The notes beneath the pieces were generated by a model that worked only from the letters and a program-made list of their open reading frames with translations, ran no database searches and was not told the origin of the DNA. From an uncultured Bacteroides sp. (GTDB taxonomy: Bacteria > Bacteroidota > Bacteroidia > Bacteroidales > Bacteroidaceae): a DNA stretch of 64,000 bases. The stretch is taken from positions 23,817 through 87,816 of the forward strand of contig CASFQC010000002.1 in NCBI GenBank assembly GCA_949296415.1, read 5' to 3'. The first letter of the stretch is position 1, and the number at the start of each line of letters is the position of its first letter. This document shows positions 56,249-64,000 of this stretch, in pieces. The translations under genes were made by a program, and so were the position numbers.

Positions 56249-58285
56249 ATGAATGCAAGAAATTTTGTAAGCTTCAGGAACGTGTTGTTCCTTGTCATGG
56301 TCCTTGCCTTGTCTGCGGAAACCAGGGCCGACGGTGCGGTAACCTGCTCTGTAGCCGTGAGGGGAGAGCCGCCACACGGCGGTTCCACCTACACGAACCC
56401 GTTGCTCGACAGCGGCGCAGACCCTTGGGCCTTGTGGCACGACGGTTACTACTATTACATGCATACCATGGGCGACAGGCTGGTGTTGTGGAAGACGGAG
56501 GACATCACCGACTTGCGCCACGCCCGGCAGAAGACCGTGTGGGTGCCTACCGACCCGGCAAACAGTCACGACCTTTGGGCACCGGAAATCCACCGCATAG
56601 ACGGGAAATGGTACATTTATTATGCAGCCGACGATGGCAACACGGACAATCACCAGCTCTACGTGCTGGAGAACGTCAATGAGGATCCCCTTGACGGGGA
56701 ATTCGTGATGAAAGGGCGTATCAGCACGGACGAGAAAAACAATTGGGCCATAGACGGCTCCGTATTCAGTCACAGGGGAAAACTCTACATGGTGTGGTCC
56801 GGATGGCAGGCACGGCGTGTGGACACGGAAGTGCAGTGCATCTACATCGCAAGGATGAAGAACCCCTGGACGCTGGACTCCGAACGAGTGCTCATCTCCA
56901 GACCGGAGATGGACTGGGAGAGGAACTACGTGAACGAGGAAGGATGGACGCCTTCTTACAAGATATTTGTAAACGAAGGCCCGCAACCGCTGAAGAGTCC
57001 CAGAGGCAAATACATCCACATTGCTTATTCGGCCAGTGGGGTTTGGACGCCCTACTACGCGCTGGGGCTGCTCACCGCCAGGGCCGACGCCGACCTTCTT
57101 GACCCGGACTCGTGGAAAAAGTCACCCGAACCCGTCTTCCGCCAGTCGCCTGAGAACGGGGTGTACTGTACCGGACACAACAGTTTCTTCCTGTCGCCCG
57201 ATGGCACGGAGCATTACATCCTGTACCATGCCTGCGACAGTCCTGCCAGCATGGTGAATACCCGTAGCCCGCGCGCGCAGAAGATGGAGTGGACAGAAGA
57301 CGACTACCCCCTGTTCGGTACGCCATTGCCGGTAAGTGCCGTGATGAAGAAACCTTCGGGCACCCCCGCCGGGAGGATGATGTATGGCGATACCACCCGC
57401 ATAGGTGTGCCCTTCAGCAAGGACCCCCACGTTGTGAAGTTCAAGGGAAGTTACCTCATGTACTATTCCATACCTCCCGCCCGGAGCAATACCGATTTGG
57501 GCTGGAACATAGGCATAGCCTGCAGCAAAGACCTGGTGAACTGGACTAAGGTGGGCGAGATTACCCCTCATCCCGACGCCCCCTACGAGAAGAACGGACT
57601 GTGCGCCCCGGGCGCGCTGGTGAAGGACGGCAAAGTACACCTGTTCTACCAGACCTACGGCAACGGGCCGAAGGATGCCATTTGCCATGCCGTGTCTGCC
57701 GACGGCATACATTTTGAGCGCGATGCGTCCAATCCTATCTTCGCTCCCACAGGCGACTGGAATTGTGGGCGGGCCATTGACGCGGAGGTGTGCAGTTTCG
57801 GGGGGAAGTATTACCTGTACTTCGCTACACGCGATCCGGAATTCAAGGTGCAGATGCAAGGCGTGGCGGTGGCTCCTGCCGACACGGACTTTGGCCGTGA
57901 TGACTGGACGCTGGCTGCCGACGGACCCATACTGAAACCCGAACTGCCTTGGGAAGGCGACTGCATAGAAGGAGCCTCCATAGTGCAGAAAGACGGAAGA
58001 CTGTTCATGTTCTATGCCGGAAACTACAACAATGCACCCCAACAAGTAGGCGTGGCGGTGAGCGAGGACGGCGTGCATTGGACACGCCTGTCCGACCAGC
58101 CCTTTGTGCCCAACGGAAAGCCCGGAGAGTGGAACAGCAGCGAGTCCGGGCACCCGCATCTGTTTGCCGATGAAGACGGGCGCACCTACCTCTTCTTCCA
58201 GGGCAACAACGACGGCGGCAAGACTTGGTACATCACTCAGCGTGAGGTGGTGTGGCAGGATGGCATGCCCCGGCTGAAGGAATGA
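56249..58285 (+). CDS. Bimodular glycoside hydrolase with two five-bladed beta-propeller (GH43-type) modules
   Basis: Module 1: GADPW, WAPEIH, WAIDG, VNEGP, GHNSF. Module 2: SKDPHV, CAPG, RAIDAE, CIEGAS, ESGHP. Confidence 0.85.
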   Translation: MNARNFVSFRNVLFLVMVLALSAETRADGAVTCSVAVRGEPPHGGSTYTNPLLDSGADPWALWHDGYYYYMHTMGDRLVLWKTEDITDLRHARQKTVWVPTDPANSHDLWAPEIHRIDGKWYIYYAADDGNTDNHQLYVLENVNEDPLDGEFVMKGRISTDEKNNWAIDGSVFSHRGKLYMVWSGWQARRVDTEVQCIYIARMKNPWTLDSERVLISRPEMDWERNYVNEEGWTPSYKIFVNEGPQPLKSPRGKYIHIAYSASGVWTPYYALGLLTARADADLLDPDSWKKSPEPVFRQSPENGVYCTGHNSFFLSPDGTEHYILYHACDSPASMVNTRSPRAQKMEWTEDDYPLFGTPLPVSAVMKKPSGTPAGRMMYGDTTRIGVPFSKDPHVVKFKGSYLMYYSIPPARSNTDLGWNIGIACSKDLVNWTKVGEITPHPDAPYEKNGLCAPGALVKDGKVHLFYQTYGNGPKDAICHAVSADGIHFERDASNPIFAPTGDWNCGRAIDAEVCSFGGKYYLYFATRDPEFKVQMQGVAVAPADTDFGRDDWTLAADGPILKPELPWEGDCIEGASIVQKDGRLFMFYAGNYNNAPQQVGVAVSEDGVHWTRLSDQPFVPNGKPGEWNSSESGHPHLFADEDGRTYLFFQGNNDGGKTWYITQREVVWQDGMPRLKE

Positions 58286-58342
58286 GAATTTCAAAACAGC
58301 TTTCGATACATATATATTGACCCGATAGACAGACATGCATTT

Positions 58343-59902
58343 ATGAAAAAGACAAATCTGTGTATATGCTGTGTGGCATTGCTTGCATTGGCCGGATGCT
58401 CCGGCGTGCAGAAGAAAGTGTCGGGCTCCGTGCAGGAGAAGACGGACAGCATCTTTACCAATCCCGTGATTTATGCCGATGTGCCCGATGTGGACGTTAT
58501 CCGTACCGGAAGCGATTATTACATGGTGAGTACCACCATGCACCTGTCGCCCGGGGCGCCGGTGATGCATTCCAAGGATTTGGTGCATTGGAACATCGTG
58601 AGCTATATATTCGACACCCTTGATGAAAGTCCTTCCAACAGTCTGGAAGGCGGAAACGTCTACGGACGCGGACAGTGGGCCGCTTCGTTGCGTTTCCATC
58701 AGGGTACCTATTACGTATTTTTCGGCACCGGAGGCAAGTCATATATCTATGCGGCGAAGGATCCGGCCGGGAAGTGGGAGAAGAAACTGGAATTGGACCG
58801 GTATTACCACGATGCCTCTATGCTGTTTGACGATGACGGGCGGGTGTATCTGGTCTATGGCTCGGGCCATGTGCGCATCATCGAACTTAAGCCGGACTTG
58901 TCCGGTGTCAAGGATGACGGGCTGGATGTGGAGATTATATCGGGCGAACCTAAGGGGCTGCTTGAAGGGGCGCACTTCTACAAGTTCGACGGCAAGTATT
59001 ACATTACCTTTATCTGGTGGCCGCAGGGTGGCATACGCACACAGCTGTGCTACCGTTCGGACAAGGTGGAAGGTCCTTACGAGAGCAAGGTCATACTGTC
59101 CGATGATATGGGATATGCCGGACGTGGCGTGGCACAAGGCTGCTATGTTGATACGGAAGACGGGAAGCAGTGGTATGCCATGTTGTTCCAGGACCACGGG
59201 GCTGTGGGCCGCGTGCCCGTACTGGTTCCCTGCCGTTGGACAGACGGGTGGCCTATGCTGGGTGATTCCGAAGGCAAAGTGCCTGTGGTGATGGATGTGC
59301 CCGTGAAAGGCATTCCGGGAAAGACGGAGCTGGTGAGGAGCGATGATTTCGACTCCGGACGTCTGGGGCTGAACTGGCAGTGGAATCATAATCCGGACAA
59401 TGCCCTGTGGTCGCTGTCTGAGCGCAAGGGGTTCCTCCGCCTGAAGACCGGCAAGGTGGTGGGCAGCCTGTTCGAGGCACGCAATACGCTGACGCAACGT
59501 ACCGAAGGCCCGCGCTGCAGCGGAGTGGCCTCCTTTGATGTATCCCATATGAAGGACGGCGACCGTGCCGGACTTTCGGCCTTCAGTGCCGAGGCCGGCG
59601 TGCTGGCTGTGGTCAGGGAGGACGGGAAGACCTACATCACCATGTCCGACCGTGGCGAGGAGAAAGCGCGGAAGCCGTTGGAGGCCGGTCGCGTTTATCT
59701 GAGGATGGATTGCGACTTCACCACCGACGATGCCCTGTTCTACTACAGTACGGACGGTAAGGAATGGATGCCGTTGGGCGGCAAGTTCCACATGGTCTAT
59801 ACTCTGGCACACTTCATGGGCTACCGGTTCGCTTTGTTCAACTATGCCACCAAAGAAGCGGGCGGCTATGTGGATGTGGACTTCTTCCGTTACGGCAGAT
59901 AG
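58343..59902 (+). CDS. GH43 beta-xylosidase/arabinofuranosidase lipoprotein with C-terminal beta-sandwich
   Basis: Lipobox LAGC, NPVIYADVPD, GQWAASLR, YHDASM, LEGAH, AQG, WQWNHNP, ARNTLTQR. Confidence 0.92.
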   Translation: MKKTNLCICCVALLALAGCSGVQKKVSGSVQEKTDSIFTNPVIYADVPDVDVIRTGSDYYMVSTTMHLSPGAPVMHSKDLVHWNIVSYIFDTLDESPSNSLEGGNVYGRGQWAASLRFHQGTYYVFFGTGGKSYIYAAKDPAGKWEKKLELDRYYHDASMLFDDDGRVYLVYGSGHVRIIELKPDLSGVKDDGLDVEIISGEPKGLLEGAHFYKFDGKYYITFIWWPQGGIRTQLCYRSDKVEGPYESKVILSDDMGYAGRGVAQGCYVDTEDGKQWYAMLFQDHGAVGRVPVLVPCRWTDGWPMLGDSEGKVPVVMDVPVKGIPGKTELVRSDDFDSGRLGLNWQWNHNPDNALWSLSERKGFLRLKTGKVVGSLFEARNTLTQRTEGPRCSGVASFDVSHMKDGDRAGLSAFSAEAGVLAVVREDGKTYITMSDRGEEKARKPLEAGRVYLRMDCDFTTDDALFYYSTDGKEWMPLGGKFHMVYTLAHFMGYRFALFNYATKEAGGYVDVDFFRYGR

Positions 59903-59919
59903 CGTGTATTCTCTTGCGC

Positions 59920-60336
59920 TTACGGCAGCATGGCCAGTGCCTTCTCTTCTGCTGCCTCCATTATCTCGCGTTCGCCCGGCCCCTTGTCGTTTATGCCGCA
60001 GAGGTGCAGTATGCCGTGGATGATGACGCGGTGCAGCTCGCGTCTGTAGTCGCCTCCGGCAAACTGTCCGGCATTGGTGCGCACGGTGTCCAGGCTGATG
60101 ACCAGGTCTCCGCTCAGGCGGTTGCCCTCGCAGTAGTCAAAGGTGATGATGTCGGTGTAGTAATCGTGTTGCAGATACTGCCGGTTCACTTCCAGTATCT
60201 TTTCGTCCGAACAGAAGATGTAGGCTATGTCGCCCACACGTTTTCCATAGCTGGCGGCCACTTCCTTTATCCATAAGGTAGTGGCCTGCTGGTTTATCTG
60301 AGGCATGTCCGTGCCGTCGGCTTGATAAGTGATCAT
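59920..60336 (-). CDS. ybeY: rRNA maturation endoribonuclease
   Basis: NRQYLQHDYYTDIITF, GDLVIS, IIHGILHLCG. Confidence 0.95.
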   Translation of the reverse strand: MITYQADGTDMPQINQQATTLWIKEVAASYGKRVGDIAYIFCSDEKILEVNRQYLQHDYYTDIITFDYCEGNRLSGDLVISLDTVRTNAGQFAGGDYRRELHRVIIHGILHLCGINDKGPGEREIMEAAEEKALAMLP

Positions 60337-60361
60337 GGTTGGTCTGTATGGTTTTTATGGG

Positions 60362-61594
60362 TTATCCGAAGAAAATGTAGCTTATGGCTATGGCCGCCAC
60401 CACACCGGCCAGGTCGGCGGTCAGCCCGCAGGCCAGGGCGTTGCGCGTGCGTGTCACGCCCACACTGCCGAAGTACACGGCCAGGATGTAGAAGGTGGTG
60501 TCCGACGCGCCGCGTGCCACGCAGCACATGCGTCCGGCCAGGGAGTCGGCTCCGTACTGTTGCATGGTGTCTATCATCAGTCCGTTGGCTGCGGCTCCGC
60601 TCAGCGATTTCATGAGGGCTGTGGGCAGCGCGCCTACAAAGGAGGTGTCCGCTCCTGTCAGTCCCACCACCCAGCCTATGCCGTCCACCAGCATGTCCAT
60701 GGCTCCCGAGGCACGGAATACGCCTATGCCCACCAGGAACGCCACCAGATAGGGGATGATGCGCACCGCCGTGGTAAAGCCTTCCTTTGCTCCCTCAATG
60801 AACGCGTTGTACACGTTCACTTTCTTTTTCACTCCCCATAGGAGAAACGTCAGTATGATGGTGAAGAGCAGGATGTTGGCCGCCAGGGTAGAGTAGGTGC
60901 CCATCTGGCTGCGTCCCACCCAGACAAAGAGGGTGATGAGTGCGGCGAAGAACACGGCTATGCCCGCCGCCAGCTTCAGTACCGGACGGCACAGCAGGCT
61001 GATGTGCTGCGAACGGCTCACCACCAGTATGCCGGTGAGGGTGGACACTGTGGTGGCCAGCAGGGTGGGGATGAAAATGTCGGTAGGCTGTGCGGCACCC
61101 ATTTCGGAACGGTACATCATGATGCTGACGGGAATGAGGATAAGTCCCGACGTGTTGATGACCAGAAACATGATCATGGGGTTGGTGGCCGTATCCTTTT
61201 GCGTATTCAGTTCCTGCAGCTCTTTCATGGCTTTCAGTCCCATGGGTGTGGCGGCGTTGTCCAGTCCGAGCATGTTGGCCGCCATGTTCATGAAGATGGA
61301 GCCGAAGGCGGGATGTCCGGCGGGAATGTCGGGAAACAGCCTACAGAACAGCGGGCTGAGCCGTCGCGAGAGTGCGCCTATCATGCCGCTCTGTTCGCCT
61401 ATTTTCATGATGCCGAGCCACAGTGCCAGTACGCCGGTCAGTCCCAGCGATATTTCGAAGGCGTTCTTTGATGAGTCGAATGTGGCGTTCACCACCTGCG
61501 TGAATATGTCTGTCTGCCCCAGGAACAGCAGTTTGACCGCTGCCACCGCAAAGGCCACCACGAAGAAGGCCACCCATATATAGTTCAGTGCCAT
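60362..61594 (-). CDS. Fused SpmA/SpmB nucleoside-recognition (Gate) membrane protein
   Basis: LWLGIMKIGE, ANMLGLDNAATPMGLKAM, FIEGAKEGF, DTTFYILAVYFG; start ATG 61594. Confidence 0.9.
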   Translation of the reverse strand: MALNYIWVAFFVVAFAVAAVKLLFLGQTDIFTQVVNATFDSSKNAFEISLGLTGVLALWLGIMKIGEQSGMIGALSRRLSPLFCRLFPDIPAGHPAFGSIFMNMAANMLGLDNAATPMGLKAMKELQELNTQKDTATNPMIMFLVINTSGLILIPVSIMMYRSEMGAAQPTDIFIPTLLATTVSTLTGILVVSRSQHISLLCRPVLKLAAGIAVFFAALITLFVWVGRSQMGTYSTLAANILLFTIILTFLLWGVKKKVNVYNAFIEGAKEGFTTAVRIIPYLVAFLVGIGVFRASGAMDMLVDGIGWVVGLTGADTSFVGALPTALMKSLSGAAANGLMIDTMQQYGADSLAGRMCCVARGASDTTFYILAVYFGSVGVTRTRNALACGLTADLAGVVAAIAISYIFFG

Positions 61595-61749
61595 AGTCTT
61601 TTGGGATGCGTGAATGTATGATGGGGCAAAAATAGCGATTTTTTCACGGGTCGGCTTTGTTTGCCGCTTATAATTGTCTGTTCCCGTCCCTTTTTTCCTT
61701 AGAGCCAAAAATATCCTTGGAAACAGCCATCAAAAATAAGGCTGAGCAA

Positions 61750-61783
61750 ATTGTAGAGACGTGGCACGCCACGTCTCTACAAT
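61750..61783. repeat. GTAG-type REP palindrome
   Basis: ATTGTAGAGACGTGGC-AC-GCCACGTCTCTACAAT, a perfect 16-bp stem. Confidence 0.75.
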
Positions 61784-61817
61784 AGGGCAAACTTTATGGG
61801 ACAAAAACCGGAACAGG

Positions 61818-64000
61818 TCAGTAATCGCCGTTTTGCAGGCGGAACAGGGAATGGGCTTCATCCGCAGCTTTTGCCATGGAGGAAAGCACTGGGGGCTGAT
61901 AGGGCATTCTTGTGCCCACAGGGCCGTAAGCTCCGCTGCCGGCCTTTCCCGGGCGGATGACCATGAAGTTTATGGAACGGGCCACCAGATCGGACATGGG
62001 GATATTCACTATCCCGTCCTCGGCACCGCTCCATGTTCCCCACGGATTGCGCACGGCGGCCATGCACGAGGGCTTGGCGGTCTGCATTACGGTGAAGGCA
62101 TGATTCAGGATAATCTTGGCGTTGCCTTCTACGGTGATGTCCTTGCTGCCGTCAACCTCGACAAACCCTACCGTCACAATCTCTCCTTTGGACAAAGCGA
62201 CCTTGAACACCCGTTCCAGTTCCTCGGCTGTCAGGGCAAAACTTTTATATCCGGCTCCGTTGAACGTGTCTCCTACGCCTAAGAAGGGCGGAAGCGCCCT
62301 GTCGCCCATCACACCTCCTACGCTGGATGTCTCGAAGTAGACTTGTCTGTATTTCATCAGCGCTTTTTCCATCACGGTGCCCCAATTGGCCGGCCGGCTG
62401 TTGCCCGAAACCGCTTTTCCGGAGGTCTGCATGTTCTGTGTGGAACCTTGCTTGGTGAGGAACTTGTTGGATACGGCCACCTTTATCTCTTTCCCTCGCG
62501 GGTCGAACATGTTGACGATGAAATGCGAGGGGCTTACTTCTTCTATAAGATATTCTTTGATGTACCGGGGATATAAGTAGGCCAGCCCGGCGAAGGAAGC
62601 CACAACGCCGCAGTCGCCCAGGTCATGCTGGTTGATGTCGGTAGGCTTCGGTTCGCCGTAAGGGTAGAGGTTGACGTCGAATGCGGTCTTGAACTCGGCT
62701 CCCGATGTGGGATTCGGCTCTTCTTCCGGATTCTCGAGCCAGGCCTTCTGCTCGGGACTGGCCTCCCTTACCTTCAGGTCGGCGAACTTGGTGCCCATGA
62801 TTTCGGTGGGATGCTTGGTGATGTAATTGAACCGGTCGCTGAGATCGTCGTAAGAGGTCGGATAGACATATAGCGAATATTCCGCAATCTGAGTCTGGCT
62901 TCCTCCGTTGTTGGCCGTTATTTCCAGCTTGTAATGTTTGTACCCGCCTGCCTTCTCCGGGGGAATCTGGTATCTTATGGTCTGTCTTCTTCCGCCGAAC
63001 CTCTGCCCGGTCTGGGCATCCAGCAATGTCCACTCCTTGCCGTCGTCCGAGGCATAGAAATTCCACGATGCCGGGTCGTTCGCTGCCGAACTGCCCGAAG
63101 AGGTCAGTGTGTACATCCAAGCCTCGCAGGCTTCGTCGCCTTCCCATAGTATGTAGAATTCGTCGTGGCCGGTGATGTAGCTTGTTCCGTCGTTGCCGTC
63201 GGCTATCGCGCCGATGTCCGACCCGTCCGGATAATCGGAATACTGGGCCGTCAGCACACCCGCCGTCGGCATGGTGACCCCGGCGGGGATTTCAGCGGTA
63301 TGTGGTATCTCGCCGCCGATGGCGAATTCCGCAATCTGGGTCGCGTCTCCTCCGTTGTTGGCGGTAATCTCCAGCTTGTAATACAGATAATAGGCGTCAG
63401 TCTCCTGTCCGGCGACCTCATACCTTTGCGTCTCGCCCCGTTGGCCGAACTTCTGGTCCGTGCGGGTGTCCAGCAAGACCCATTCCTTATTGTCTGCGGA
63501 GCCGTAGAAGGACCAGGACTTCGGATCCTTCTCGGGAGAGTCTGTCGCGGAAGTCAGCTCATACGTCAGGATTCTGGACGCTTCAGCGCCTTCCCATAAC
63601 AGGTAAAAGCGGTCGTGGCCGGTGATGTAGCTTGTCCTTGTGTTGTTGTCGACTATCGCGCTGATGTCCGACCCTATCGGATAGTCGGAATACTGTGCCT
63701 GGAGCACACCGTCTGAAGGCATGTTGTCATTGCCCGATACTTCTACGGAATGCGGCATGGAATAATCGATGATGTCCAGAGTCCATTCAGCTATTTCGGT
63801 TGAGGTGTGCCCGTTGTTGCCGAGAATCTCCAGTTTGTAGCAGGTGTACGCTTCCGTATTGCTTATGCGGAAGCTTTTCGTCTCTTGCCTGGGACCGAGG
63901 AAAGTCTCTTCGCGCCTTTCGTCGAGAGTTTCCCAGCTCTTCTCGTCGTTCGAGCCCAGCAGGACCCAGCCTTTGGGTGCGGCATAGATGCTTTGGGAGG
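61818..64000 (-). CDS. Calpain-like (C2) cysteine protease with at least 3 tandem discoidin/F5-8C repeats; 5' end beyond the window
   Basis: DINQHDLGDC, NHAF and RNPWG (Cys/His/Asn triad), MEKA; repeats DPKSWSFYGS..W.LLD..YKLEITANNG..TQIAE. The frame stays open from 63758 to 64000 (SQSIYAAPKGWVLLGSNDEKSWETLD...STEIAEW). Confidence 0.85.
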   Translation of the reverse strand, partial: SQSIYAAPKGWVLLGSNDEKSWETLDERREETFLGPRQETKSFRISNTEAYTCYKLEILGNNGHTSTEIAEWTLDIIDYSMPHSVEVSGNDNMPSDGVLQAQYSDYPIGSDISAIVDNNTRTSYITGHDRFYLLWEGAEASRILTYELTSATDSPEKDPKSWSFYGSADNKEWVLLDTRTDQKFGQRGETQRYEVAGQETDAYYLYYKLEITANNGGDATQIAEFAIGGEIPHTAEIPAGVTMPTAGVLTAQYSDYPDGSDIGAIADGNDGTSYITGHDEFYILWEGDEACEAWMYTLTSSGSSAANDPASWNFYASDDGKEWTLLDAQTGQRFGGRRQTIRYQIPPEKAGGYKHYKLEITANNGGSQTQIAEYSLYVYPTSYDDLSDRFNYITKHPTEIMGTKFADLKVREASPEQKAWLENPEEEPNPTSGAEFKTAFDVNLYPYGEPKPTDINQHDLGDCGVVASFAGLAYLYPRYIKEYLIEEVSPSHFIVNMFDPRGKEIKVAVSNKFLTKQGSTQNMQTSGKAVSGNSRPANWGTVMEKALMKYRQVYFETSSVGGVMGDRALPPFLGVGDTFNGAGYKSFALTAEELERVFKVALSKGEIVTVGFVEVDGSKDITVEGNAKIILNHAFTVMQTAKPSCMAAVRNPWGTWSGAEDGIVNIPMSDLVARSINFMVIRPGKAGSGAYGPVGTRMPYQPPVLSSMAKAADEAHSLFRLQNGDY

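Overview
Chromosomal segment of a Bacteroidales bacterium, inferred from TAnnTTTG promoters, a SusC/SusD pair, A-rich translation-initiation regions and Bacteroides-like gene order. Housekeeping genes: dapB (partial), rpoN, gcvH, purE, long-form ispG, an S41 protease, two identical tRNA-Asn, a uridine kinase-like gene, a Na/Pi cotransporter, a P-type Ca-ATPase, a HAD phosphatase, ribF, topA, argS, a SIS-only KdsD-like isomerase, an M16 peptidase and ybeY. Accessory content: (i) a low-GC, mosaic cassette after the tRNAs encoding a TPR/TM/HTH regulator, a small secreted DUF3244-like protein, a 540-aa lipoprotein with a pore-forming-toxin-like Ser/Thr hairpin and three small lipoproteins; (ii) a polysaccharide utilization locus (PUL) with no regulator (GH125, SusC/D, GH105, GH115, esterase, GH140) plus a distant GH43 pair; (iii) a multi-deletion scar of a sugar-porter/DUF5107-like operon beside an intact AraC regulator; (iv) a calpain-like C2 protease with tandem discoidin repeats running off the right edge. 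The most unusual non-coding signal is two families of exactly 22-bp-period degenerate arrays at four loci. One family sits inside a diverged, dispersed ~500-660-bp intergenic element present twice, one copy bounded by IS5-like terminal inverted repeats (TIRs). Also seen: a 68-bp MITE with TTA target duplication, a GTAG-type REP, a histidine kinase lacking its phosphoacceptor His, and a PfkB kinase with Ala at the catalytic Asp position. All family assignments come from recognising motifs by eye; no database searches were run.
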